Shown: positions 10,304 to 19,207 of the stretch, piece after piece
Numbering within the stretch: the first letter of the stretch is position 1
Layout of the letters: each line of letters opens with the position of its first letter
Origin: Alloprevotella sp.
Lineage (GTDB): Bacteria; Bacteroidota; Bacteroidia; Bacteroidales; Bacteroidaceae
Assembly: GCA_050874425.1 (NCBI GenBank)
Contig: JBNMKQ010000001.1
Location: 9,016-73,015, forward strand
Reading direction: 5' to 3'
DNA length: 64,000 nucleotides
Made by a program: the position numbers and the translations under genes
The notes under the pieces: generated by a model
Database searches by the model: none
What the model was told of the DNA's origin: nothing
The model's input: the letters and a program-made list of their open reading frames with translations, nothing else

Positions 10304-11578
10304 CTATTTACGATATATAGGTGTAACACAACCTACCAACTGCCAATAACGTCCGCCAGTAGGGCGATAATAAACCAATATATCATATTCATTTTCAGTT
10401 TGATAATAATCTCCTTCAATGGGAGCTGTTGCTCCGCGACTTTTGTTATTACTTAATGCAGTCAAATACAAATAGTTATAATAGCCGCATTTAAGTAACA
10501 CATCAGCTACATACGACTCCGAAGCATCATCATAACGCATCACATATCTATCGTTTAATATATCGCCTGTCCACTGTCCGCTAATGTATACCCTCGCATT
10601 GCTCATTGGTAATGCTTTCAGCGAAAAATGCGCCATCACATAGTCAGCCTTCACGTCAGCATCCCCGCCCCCGTCATATCGAGTTAGGTACAAGCCATTG
10701 CGATCCTCATCATAAAGGTAATGTTTGCGTTCATTGTCTTCCATTATGGTATAGTGATAATACGGTTCAATCCAGCGCACTCCCTCGCCATGCATACCAG
10801 GGTAACGAGTTGAAATAATCTCCATTTTACGATATTCATTTCCAGCCTCAAATATCAAATCACGTGTGTGTTCCCAAAGCAGATTATTTCCATTTTGAAC
10901 CGTAAATCGTGGATGAACTACCGCGTTGTCAAGTCTTCTATTCTGCATAACGACCACTTTCACCTCGTTCTCAGCATCGCGCAATGTTAAGTTACCAATA
11001 TCAATACGTAACGATAACTGTTGGTGTGAGCCATTCCAATCCACTTCAGTGTTAGTAGAGCAGGTAGGGTAGATACCCACCTGCGTGTCAACTACACCAA
11101 AGTAAGTTCGCAATACAGGCACCTCTTCATCATTATCGTTTTCAGTACTAATCGTGATGCGATAATTGCCCGATAATAGAGGACGCATCTGTGCGTTAGG
11201 TAGCGTAAACGAGTAGTGCGTATAAAGCACAGTAGTGTTTTCACTCTGCTCATAGTCCTCTATAACCACCTTATCATCAGCACTATTCACATATTCACTC
11301 TCAAACAATCCGTCGCTCACCGTCCCCTCAGCGTCGCAGTGTTCAATCTTATATGTATAACGCTTATACTCGTGCGTCAAGTCGTCAAAACTAACATTCA
11401 GTCTCTCGCCACTATTCAATTTCAACACAGGGAAAGCTTCAGCCTTTTCGTCCACTTTCAACTGTAAAGTATGGATGTTAGGAGCCAAATACTCCGTACG
11501 TCCAGGTTGAGCAATACAGATAGGTGAAAGTCCAATGCTTAGCAAACATAATAAGCTGAGTGTAAATAAGTTACGCAT
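10304..11578 (-). CDS. DUF5103 family protein (type IX secretion system plug protein)
   Basis: Signal peptide ending IA-Q. Motifs SFDDLTHEYKRYTYKIEHC, TTVLYTHYSFTLPN, FEAGNEYRKME, LLKCGYYNY and EGDYYQTENEYDILVYYRP recalled as typical of DUF5103. Confidence 0.8.
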   Translation of the reverse strand: MRNLFTLSLLCLLSIGLSPICIAQPGRTEYLAPNIHTLQLKVDEKAEAFPVLKLNSGERLNVSFDDLTHEYKRYTYKIEHCDAEGTVSDGLFESEYVNSADDKVVIEDYEQSENTTVLYTHYSFTLPNAQMRPLLSGNYRITISTENDNDEEVPVLRTYFGVVDTQVGIYPTCSTNTEVDWNGSHQQLSLRIDIGNLTLRDAENEVKVVVMQNRRLDNAVVHPRFTVQNGNNLLWEHTRDLIFEAGNEYRKMEIISTRYPGMHGEGVRWIEPYYHYTIMEDNERKHYLYDEDRNGLYLTRYDGGGDADVKADYVMAHFSLKALPMSNARVYISGQWTGDILNDRYVMRYDDASESYVADVLLKCGYYNYLYLTALSNNKSRGATAPIEGDYYQTENEYDILVYYRPTGGRYWQLVGCVTPIYRK

Positions 11579-12918
11579 TATTTATTTAACTTAATAATGA
11601 AGTCTGTCAACTCATTCTCTTTGCGGACGGGCAAGTTGAAAGTCGTCAACTTTGTCTTCTTGTCATACTTATAAGTTACCACCTCTTCATTCATTAACGT
11701 TGTGACCCGGTTAAATCGATGAGCATTCAAGGGTATGGTAATCGAGGTCGTCGAATCTTGAACCTTTAACAGATGAAGATATAAGCACTTTCCGTCGCCA
11801 CTTTGCGTGCTAACGATACTATCGCCCATAGCCACACACCCTGCAGTGGTGCCATAGATGCTTTCGCCTGCCTTCGAATGCAGCCATTCCCCCATACCCT
11901 GAAGTCGTTCGAGCGCAGCACTTGGTAAATTTCCGTCAGGTTGTGGCCCAATGTTAAGCAACAAGTTAGCACCCTTCGCAGCAGTGCGCACCAAGAGTTG
12001 TATCAACTCCTGCGTCGACTTATAATTTTGGTCTTCAACCCTATAGCCCCACATACCATTCATTGTCTGACAAGTTTCGAGTGGCAAGTGGCCGATGCTC
12101 TGTCCCGACATACCTGCCTTATTCTCGCCTGGCACATCTCGTTCAAACATCTGCATATCTTCGCCCTCGTTAGGCTTTTGGTGGTGATTATTACCAATCA
12201 TACACGCAGGTTGTAACCTGTGAATTAAAGCATATTGTTCGGGCAGTTGCCAGTCAAAGGGTGTAGAATCATCTTTATGATCCCACCACCCATCAAACCA
12301 TATGCCGTCTACCTTACCATACTGCGTCAATAGTTCGGTAAGTTGCTCATTCATAAAGCGATAATAACTATTCCAATTAGCTTTTTCCGCGTTCTTACCC
12401 GTATTGCGCCCTGTAACCCCCATAGGATAGTCATCGCGCGTCCAATCAATATGTGAGTAATAAAGGTGCAACCCAACACCCTGCTTATGGCAAGCGTCAG
12501 ACAACTGTTTCACCACATCCTTGCCATAAGGCGTATGCATAATGTTAAAGTCGCTTTGTTTAGTGTTCCACATCGAAAACCCGTCATGATGACGTGTAGT
12601 AAAGCAAATGTAGCCCGCTCCAGCTTTTTTTATCGCATCAACCCACTTATTAGCGTCGAAGTCGTGTGGATAAAACGCGTTCGCCGCTTTAGCATACTCC
12701 TGTCGGTTAATGCCAGCATTTTGCATATACCATTCGCCTTGAGCAAAAGTACTATAAATGCCCCAGTGCAAAAATATGCCAAATCGCGCGTTTTCGAATC
12801 GCTTGCGCGCGTCTAGTTGTTCCTTACCAGGAGTGTATAAAGTAGTTTTAGCAGGTACTAAAGTCGAGAGGGATAAAAGAGCTGCAAGCACCCACATTTT
12901 TGTACAATTCTTAATCAT
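11578..12918 (-). CDS. Alpha-L-fucosidase, glycoside hydrolase family 29
   Basis: Signal peptide, RFGIFLHWGIYS, FTTRHHDGFSMW, WFDGWW (nucleophile Asp), ETCQTMNGMWGY, NLLLNIGP. Confidence 0.93.
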   Translation of the reverse strand: MIKNCTKMWVLAALLSLSTLVPAKTTLYTPGKEQLDARKRFENARFGIFLHWGIYSTFAQGEWYMQNAGINRQEYAKAANAFYPHDFDANKWVDAIKKAGAGYICFTTRHHDGFSMWNTKQSDFNIMHTPYGKDVVKQLSDACHKQGVGLHLYYSHIDWTRDDYPMGVTGRNTGKNAEKANWNSYYRFMNEQLTELLTQYGKVDGIWFDGWWDHKDDSTPFDWQLPEQYALIHRLQPACMIGNNHHQKPNEGEDMQMFERDVPGENKAGMSGQSIGHLPLETCQTMNGMWGYRVEDQNYKSTQELIQLLVRTAAKGANLLLNIGPQPDGNLPSAALERLQGMGEWLHSKAGESIYGTTAGCVAMGDSIVSTQSGDGKCLYLHLLKVQDSTTSITIPLNAHRFNRVTTLMNEEVVTYKYDKKTKLTTFNLPVRKENELTDFIIKLNK

Positions 12919-12998
12919 TACGGCGTGGTATAAGATTTATTTCAGAGCAAAAGTACATTTTTTTAAGCATTTAGTCTGTGTGTGCATCGAAAAAGTTG

Positions 12999-13006
12999 TA
13001 ACTTCG
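12999..13006 (+). promoter_or_regulatory. Near-consensus -7 box for rnpB (divergent TACTTTTG for the fucosidase operon at 12948-12955, minus strand)
   Basis: TAACTTCG 11 bp before the P1 helix of rnpB. Confidence 0.5.
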
Positions 13007-13017
13007 CACAACATAAG

Positions 13018-13472
13018 AATCAGTTGGCCGGCTTGTCGCGTGCATCCGTGGCGTTTACGTTACAATCTTTTGGAGCGTAACCCTACCATTGAGATGCAGG
13101 AGGAAAGTCCGGGCAACACAGAGCATTCTGCTTCTTAACGGGAAGCCGCTCGTAAGGGTGGATTAGTGTAGAAGAAAATAACCGCCGCTAATTCATATTA
13201 GTGGTAAGGGTGAGAAGGTGGAGTAAGAGCCCACCAGTTGCGTGGCGACACGTAGGCTGTACACATCAGAAGTTGAAAGTTCATGTATACCAACGTTCGA
13301 GAGCTGCTCGTTCGAGTTCTTGATAGTTCTTCTATTAAGGCGCGTTGGAGGGTAGAACGATAGAGCACCTTGGCAACAATGTGCGCGGATAAATGGCAGG
13401 CGCTTACATACTCCCTTTTCATGGTAAGGGAGTAGCGTTAAGCACAGAACCCGGCTTATAGGCTGGCTGATT
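13018..13472 (+). ncRNA. rnpB: RNase P RNA, bacterial type A
   Basis: Universal motifs GAGGAAAGTCCGGGC (about 13100), GGTAAGGGTGAGAAGGTGGAGTAAGAGCCCACC and ACAGAACCCGGCTTAT (about 13444). P1 pairs AATCAGTTGGCC with GGCTGGCTGATT and is followed by a T-run. Confidence 0.96.
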
Positions 13473-13698
13473 CTTTTTTTAAGTATATGCTGCGTTATTT
13501 TCAAAGCAATAACAAATATCGGAAGTCCAACAATTAAGCACCGAAATTGTAAGCAGCCAAAAAATGACTTACATCGAGACAGGTGATTCGTTAGGTGGGT
13601 TGCCCTATCTTTTTCGAAAGTCTCAATTTTTTATCGGACACCAATAATTCGAAAAAATGTGTGTTAACTCACACAAATTCTTGTAGAATCATTTTAGC

Positions 13699-13723
13699 TA
13701 CCCATACAATTCGTTATAGAGCC
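13699..13723 (+). mobile_element. Solo ISL3-family terminal inverted repeat
   Basis: TACCCATACAATTCGTTATAGAGCC, near-identical to 44109-44134 and to the reverse complement of 52472-52497. ISL3 ends typically begin GGCTCT. Confidence 0.65.
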
Positions 13724-13731
13724 AAACTTAA

Positions 13732-13775
13732 AATCCCCACACTTACACTCTGTTAAGGATGTAAATGTGGGGATT
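13732..13775. terminator. Hairpin between convergent rnpB and RNase E/G genes
   Basis: AATCCCCACACTTACA ... TGTAAATGTGGGGATT, 16-bp arms with one mismatch. Confidence 0.7.
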
Positions 13776-13840
13776 ATGCTTTAGCTCGCCATTTCTTAAG
13801 TTGATTGTTTTATGACTCAAGAAAGGAGAATTTGCTTACT

Positions 13841-15418
13841 TCATGCGTTATGTTGGTTTAAAATGATTTCTTCACCCTTCATATTGTGGAAGGTGTATTG
13901 TAAGTAGGCCAGTTTTTGGTTGGGAAGTACTTTAACTCCTAATCCGTATTTCAACTGCCAACGACTCTTTATCGAGAACAGACCTTGGTTAATGTAAGCT
14001 GCTACAAATGGGTGTACATAAAGACGAAAGCGCTTAATTCCGAGCTTATTTACCAAAAAGTCTATTTTCGTTTCGAGTGAATCAGTAAAGAGTATACTTG
14101 GCATAATTTTACCTGTACCACCGCAGGTCGGACAAGTTTCTTCGACATTGACGTCCATCACGGGACGTACGCGCTGACGTGTGATTTGCATCAGACCAAA
14201 CTTCGACAAGGGGAGTATGCTATGTTTTGCGCGATCTTTACGCATATTCTCAACCATACGTTCGTATAGTTTTTGCCTATTTTCGGGCATTGCCATATCG
14301 ATAAAGTCAACGACTATAATGCCCCCCATATCGCGTAGGCGTAATTGACGTGCTAACTCATCAGCAGCCCCAAGATTAACATCTAAGGCGTTCACCTCTT
14401 GACCTTCAGGGCTTTTCGAACGATTTCCACTATTAACGTCAACAACATGTAGAGCTTCGGTTTGCTCAATAATGAGATAGGCTCCATGTTTGTAGGTGAC
14501 AGTGCGGCCCAATGATGTCTTAATTTGCTTTGTTACCGAGAAGTTGTCGAATATGGGGACACTACCTTTGTAAAGCTTTACAATATCTTTGCACTCGGGC
14601 GCAATAAGTGTAACGTAGTTGCGTACTTCGTCAAATACTGATTGGTCGTTGACATAAATGTTTTCGTACGACGGATTAAACAAATCGCGTAAAAGTGCTA
14701 CTGTTCGACTCGTTTCTTCATAAACAAGTTGCGGTAGTATCATGGCTTCACTACGCGACTGCTTTACCTTTTCGATTGTGTTGTTCCACCTTGTGAGTAG
14801 TATTTGCATCTCGTTGTCTAACTCAGCTACGCGCATACCTTCAGCAACAGTACGGATTATCACACCAAAGCCTTTGGGCTTAATGCTTTGTATGAGTTGT
14901 TTTAGACGAGTACGCTCGGCACCTGACTTTATTTTTGATGAGACAGATACTTTATCACTGAACGGAATAAGTACCAAAAAACGCCCAGCAAAAGATAACT
15001 CTGATGTAAGACGAGGCCCTTTTGTGTTAATTGGTTCTTTAACGATTTGAACGAGAATTTCTTGTCCGACTTTTAAGGTAGACTGTATGGTTCCCTCTTT
15101 TTCGATTTCGGGTTGTTTTGCTACTTTGTCAAGCGATATGTTACGACGACCATCGCCCAACATTTGTAGAAACTTCTCTTGCGTTTTATAGCGTGTGCCT
15201 AAGTCTAAGTAATGTAGAAAGGCATCGCGCTCGTAACCAACATTCACGAAGCAAGCATTCAGCCCTGGCATTAGTTTGCGTACCTTTGCCAAGTAGATGT
15301 TTCCAACAGAAAAATGTTCTGAACGTCCCTCGCGCTGATACTCTACTAACCTTTTGTCTTCGAGCAGTGCGATTGAAATGTCTTGCTTGGTTACATCTAC
15401 AATAACTTCGCTTGTCAT
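13841..15418 (-). CDS. Rne/Rng family ribonuclease (RNase G-like)
   Basis: S1-domain start VGNIYLAKVRKLMPGLNACFVNVG, KEPINTKGPRLT, IEQTEALHVVDVNSG, LRDMGGIIVVDFIDM, zinc-link CPTCGGTG. Confidence 0.93.
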   Translation of the reverse strand: MTSEVIVDVTKQDISIALLEDKRLVEYQREGRSEHFSVGNIYLAKVRKLMPGLNACFVNVGYERDAFLHYLDLGTRYKTQEKFLQMLGDGRRNISLDKVAKQPEIEKEGTIQSTLKVGQEILVQIVKEPINTKGPRLTSELSFAGRFLVLIPFSDKVSVSSKIKSGAERTRLKQLIQSIKPKGFGVIIRTVAEGMRVAELDNEMQILLTRWNNTIEKVKQSRSEAMILPQLVYEETSRTVALLRDLFNPSYENIYVNDQSVFDEVRNYVTLIAPECKDIVKLYKGSVPIFDNFSVTKQIKTSLGRTVTYKHGAYLIIEQTEALHVVDVNSGNRSKSPEGQEVNALDVNLGAADELARQLRLRDMGGIIVVDFIDMAMPENRQKLYERMVENMRKDRAKHSILPLSKFGLMQITRQRVRPVMDVNVEETCPTCGGTGKIMPSILFTDSLETKIDFLVNKLGIKRFRLYVHPFVAAYINQGLFSIKSRWQLKYGLGVKVLPNQKLAYLQYTFHNMKGEEIILNQHNA

Positions 15419-15501
15419 GAATTAATGCTTTTTCGGTTTTGCATAGTTAGAGTTCGTTTTATGCTAAGACCTAAACTATGCACCATGTAATACTAAAAAA
15501 G

Positions 15502-15561
15502 AACGAGCAAACGAGTGTCAATGCTCTTGTAGAGAACATAATATAAGCTCGTTTACTCGTT
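15502..15561 (-). terminator. Intrinsic terminator after the small basic-protein gene
   Basis: AACGAGCAAACGAG ... CTCGTTTACTCGTT, with an A-run on the left that is a U-tract on the minus strand. Confidence 0.6.
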
Positions 15562-15604
15562 GTTAATTTAAAGACTCTGGTATAAATAAGAGCCGTCGAG
15601 CTTT

Positions 15605-15694
15605 TTACTTGCTCTTATGACGATTCTTGCGTAGTCTTTTTTTACGTTTGTGAGTAGACATCTTATGTCTTTTCTTCTTTTTTCCGTTAGGCAT
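15605..15694 (-). CDS. 29-aa basic protein, ribosomal protein bS22 / mS38 (AURKAIP1-COX24)-like; below the ORF-track cutoff
   Basis: Hand translation MPNGKKKKRHKMSTHKRKKRLRKNRHKSK*. Matches the recalled Bacteroidetes pattern MPxGKKxKRHKxxTHKRKKR. Confidence 0.85.
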   Translation of the reverse strand: MPNGKKKKRHKMSTHKRKKRLRKNRHKSK

Positions 15695-15738
15695 ACCTAT
15701 TACGTTTTTAGTTAATTATGTTAATTGTATTTTTTGCT

Positions 15739-16029
15739 TTATGCTTCGATTGTTTTGTCTTTTACCGACACAGCAAATTCTTTAGCTGGCTTAAACGCCG
15801 CAATATCGTGAGCTGGTATGATAATGGTTGTATTGCTCTGCATATTACGCGCGGTTTTTTCTGCTCTGTGCTTCAAGTAGAATGTACCGAAGCCACGCAT
15901 ACTGACATTATTGCCTTCAAGCAAGGCATCCTTTATTTCGACCGTAAAGGCTTCAAGAACCTGCGAAACGGTTGCACGGTCAAAACCTTTTTTGGTCGCA
16001 ATAGCCTTGATTATCTCTGATTTAGTCAT
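15739..16029 (-). CDS. HU/IHF family DNA-binding protein
   Basis: MTKSEIIKAIA, VSMRGFGTF, RAEKTARN, IIIPAHDIAAFKPAKEF. Confidence 0.93.
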   Translation of the reverse strand: MTKSEIIKAIATKKGFDRATVSQVLEAFTVEIKDALLEGNNVSMRGFGTFYLKHRAEKTARNMQSNTTIIIPAHDIAAFKPAKEFAVSVKDKTIEA

Positions 16030-16132
16030 TCCAGTTTAAGTATTTAGTTTGTTTTCGTTTTTTGTAAAAGCGAGTGCAAAGATAGTACTTTCTATTGATT
16101 TAGAGAATGTTTGCACATTATTTTGTACAAAA

Positions 16133-16558
16133 TTAAACTGGAATTTTTTCAATGCGGCGTATATGGCGTCCCCCTTCAAAGTCAGTATTGAAGAATTCGT
16201 CCATTATATCGTGTGCTGTTTGATTGTCGATATAACGTCCTGGCATTACTAATACATTGGCATCGTTGTGTAAACGGGTCATGTGTGCGATTTCGGGTAT
16301 CCAAACCAACGCAGCACGAATGCGCTGATGTTTATTGAGCGTCATTGAGATGCCTTCACCACTACCACAAATAGCAATACCTTTTTCAACTTCTGCATTT
16401 TCAATACCGCGTGCGAGAGCGTGTGCATAGTCGGGATAGTCGCAACTGTCGGTAGTATATGTGCCATAGTCCTTGTATTCTATGCCCTTAGCTTCAAGAT
16501 ACTCTTTTACATACTGTTTTAGTTCAAAGCCAGCATGATCACTTGCAAGTCCTATCAT
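16133..16558 (-). CDS. rpiB: Ribose 5-phosphate isomerase B (start placed at MIGLASDHAG; the ORF track extends to 16618)
   Basis: SDHAGFELK, ICGSGEGI, HNDANVL, FEGGRHIRRIEKI. Confidence 0.93.
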   Translation of the reverse strand: MIGLASDHAGFELKQYVKEYLEAKGIEYKDYGTYTTDSCDYPDYAHALARGIENAEVEKGIAICGSGEGISMTLNKHQRIRAALVWIPEIAHMTRLHNDANVLVMPGRYIDNQTAHDIMDEFFNTDFEGGRHIRRIEKIPV

Positions 16559-16652
16559 ATTTGGAGAGAAAGTTATATGTTTTGTATAAGAATGCGGAAC
16601 GCTATCGCAGCCCCGCAATCTTATTTTATTGTATTGTTAGCACAACGTGCCT

Positions 16653-18683
16653 TTACTTTTTAAGATAAGCTAAGACTTCTTTGTGAATATTTTGGGGAGT
16701 GAAGCCTAACTTTTCGTCAAGGACCTTATAAGGAGCGCTAAAGCCGAAGCTTTCAAGACCATAAACCTTTCCGTTTGAGCCAGCAAGACCTTCAAAATTG
16801 ACAGGAAGACCTGCAGTTAGCGCAAAGATTTTACCACCTGTTGGTAACAATGCTTCTTGATATTCCTTGCTTTGACTACGGAAGAGACCTTCACTTGGAC
16901 AACTTACCACACGTGCCTTGACGCCATCTTCTTTTAATAACGCTGCAGTATCTACTAATGTAGCAACCTCAGAGCCTGAAGCTACGAGTATAACATCTGG
17001 ATTATCCTCTTTAATTACAGAGTAGGCACCGTGCAAAATTCCTTCACGATAGTCAGTTCCCGCTGGTAGGTCGTTAACGTTTTGGCGACTAAAGATGAGG
17101 GCGGTTGGTGTGTTCATGTTCTCCATAGCCATTCGCCAACACTCTGTTACGGCATGTACATCGCAAGGACGCAATACACGAACACTATCGCGGCCGCTAT
17201 GGTTCTTTAACTTTTCCATTAAGCGGATTTGCGCTTCTTGTTCAACGGGCTCGTGTGTAGGACCATCCTCGCCTACTCGGAAAGCATCGTGCGTCCACAC
17301 GAACTTTACAGGAACTTCCATTAAAGCTGCCATTCGGATAGCAGGCTTCATATAATCTGAGAATACGAAGAAAGTGCCCATAGCTGTAATGATACCTCCG
17401 TGTAACATCATACCAATGCAAATGCATGCCATAGTGAGTTCTGAGACACCTGCTTGTAAGAAGCCACCACCAAAGTTAGTACGGCTGATTTCCGTTGTAT
17501 GCTTCAAAAAGCCATCTGTCTTATCTGAGTTGCACAAGTCGGCTGATGAAACTATCATATTGGGCACGTACTCTGATAGTAGGCTTAGACACGCTGAAGA
17601 TCCATTACGAGTGGGAGAATTGGGCTTTTGTTCGATTGTTTCCCAAGGGATTGATGGCAATTTGTTTGCCATCCAATCGTTGAGCTGAGCGGCTTTTTCA
17701 GGATTTGCAATTTCCCATTCCTTTTCTTCTGCGCGACGAGCAGCAACGATTTTTCGCAAATCTGCTTTGCGCTCATCGTACATTTGTTTTACTTGTTCGC
17801 GAATTACAAAGGGATTTTCGGGATCACCACCTAAATTCTTTATAGTATTAATATAGGCGTCACCGCCTAATGGAGCGCCATGCGTTTTGCAATTGTGTTC
17901 GTAAGAAGTGCCGTCGGCTTTACGGGCTCCCTTACCCATAACACAATGACCTATAATAAGCGTAGGACGTGATTCTTCTTCATTTGCAGCCTTCAACGCA
18001 TTACGAATTTGCTCAGCATCGTTACCGTCTATTTCGAGCACATTCCAATTCCATGCACGATATTTCATTCCCGTATCCTCTGATATAACGGCAGAAGTAT
18101 CGGTAGAGAGTTGCACTTCATTGGCATCGAAAAACATAATAAGATTATTCAGCCCTAAGTGGCCTGCTATACGTCCTGCGCCTTGTGAAATTTCCTCTTG
18201 CACGCCTCCGTCTGAGATGTAGGCATAAATTTTCTCCTTATTAAAGCCAGGATTACCAGTACGCGCATATAAAGCTTTAGCTGCAATTGCTGCGCCTACC
18301 GCATAAGTATGGCCTTGACCTAATGGACCACTAGTATTTTCGATACCACGCTGAGGGCATACTTCTGGGTGTCCAGGAGTTGGCGAGCCCCATTGGCGGA
18401 ATTGCTTCAATTCATCAATGGTGTAATTTCCGATCAAGGCCAGCTGTGAATATAGCATGGGCGACATGTGACCTGGGTCGAGGAAGAAACGATCACGGCA
18501 GCGCCATGTTGCTTCATCGGGGTCGAAATTTAGAAATTCTGAATAGAGCACGTTGATAAAGTCCGCTCCACCCATAGCGCCACCAGGGTGTCCTGACTTT
18601 GCACGTTCTACCATACTTGCTGCCAATATACGTATGTTATCAGCGGCAAGGTTCATGAGTTCTTTTGAATGTTCAATTGACAT
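16653..18683 (-). CDS. tkt: Transketolase
   Basis: AKSGHPGGAMG, RDRFFLDPGH, SGPLGQG, SDGGVQEE (TPP binding), VGEDGPTHEPVEQ. A TACTTTTG promoter box lies at 18728-18735 (minus). Confidence 0.96.
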   Translation of the reverse strand: MSIEHSKELMNLAADNIRILAASMVERAKSGHPGGAMGGADFINVLYSEFLNFDPDEATWRCRDRFFLDPGHMSPMLYSQLALIGNYTIDELKQFRQWGSPTPGHPEVCPQRGIENTSGPLGQGHTYAVGAAIAAKALYARTGNPGFNKEKIYAYISDGGVQEEISQGAGRIAGHLGLNNLIMFFDANEVQLSTDTSAVISEDTGMKYRAWNWNVLEIDGNDAEQIRNALKAANEEESRPTLIIGHCVMGKGARKADGTSYEHNCKTHGAPLGGDAYINTIKNLGGDPENPFVIREQVKQMYDERKADLRKIVAARRAEEKEWEIANPEKAAQLNDWMANKLPSIPWETIEQKPNSPTRNGSSACLSLLSEYVPNMIVSSADLCNSDKTDGFLKHTTEISRTNFGGGFLQAGVSELTMACICIGMMLHGGIITAMGTFFVFSDYMKPAIRMAALMEVPVKFVWTHDAFRVGEDGPTHEPVEQEAQIRLMEKLKNHSGRDSVRVLRPCDVHAVTECWRMAMENMNTPTALIFSRQNVNDLPAGTDYREGILHGAYSVIKEDNPDVILVASGSEVATLVDTAALLKEDGVKARVVSCPSEGLFRSQSKEYQEALLPTGGKIFALTAGLPVNFEGLAGSNGKVYGLESFGFSAPYKVLDEKLGFTPQNIHKEVLAYLKK

Positions 18684-18806
18684 TGCTATATTCGATTTGG
18701 TTTTGTATCAAAATAACTATTTGATTGCAAAAGTACAAAATAATCAATACAATTAACAATTTAGCAACTAAAAAACATGTATTTAGGAACAATTCAAGAT
18801 AAAAAT

Positions 18807-18931
18807 GGAGTCTATGTTGATTCGAGTGAGTAGCGGAAGCATTCTTCTTTATTGATATAATATACCATATCCATGAAGTTGTTTACATTCGAATAGTCTC
18901 TGGCTCTTCTTTTAGCTAATTGAATTTTAGC
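18807..18931 (-). mobile_element. 3' fragment of an ISL3-family transposase with a degenerate right end
   Basis: Minus-strand frame 18931-18812 reads AKIQLAKRRARDYSNVNNFMDMVYYINKEECFRYSLEST*. This resembles the recalled ISL3 C-terminus KIQLAKRRARGYRNxxNFINMIYF. Confidence 0.75.
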
Positions 18932-19150
18932 CCAACTGACGTATACTGAATTTGGTTGACAGTTTTAAATATTAAAACTAAAGTTGTTTGCACTCTTGTA
19001 CTCTTATCAATTGTGTGCTTCACCTTGTGTGGGTATGCACTTTTGTAGACCATGCTCGAGAGTCTGCTGAAGCATACCCTTTGGTGGGTATTTTACTTGT
19101 GATAAAGATACTCTTTTATTAAAACGCTGTGCGAGGCATTTAAGATGTTA

Positions 19151-19158
19151 TACTTTTG
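19151..19158 (+). promoter_or_regulatory. -7 promoter box upstream of the peptidase remnant/lipoprotein pair
   Basis: TACTTTTG(CA), 50 bp before the ATG at 19208. Confidence 0.6.
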
Positions 19159-19207
19159 CATCAGACGCGTCTCAATAAACATTAAGAAGAATAAAAAGTA
19201 GAAGAAA

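Noticed and set aside
13193-13504. ORFs of 103 aa and 74 aa on the minus strand
   Set aside because: They are antisense to rnpB, whose conserved motifs fully explain the sequence.
19005-19095. GGGTATGC..GCATACCC dyad and TTGTGTGGGTA similarity to the ISL3 end
   Set aside because: Arms are only 8 bp and the match lacks the GGCTCT terminus. Too weak to call an RNA or IS end.
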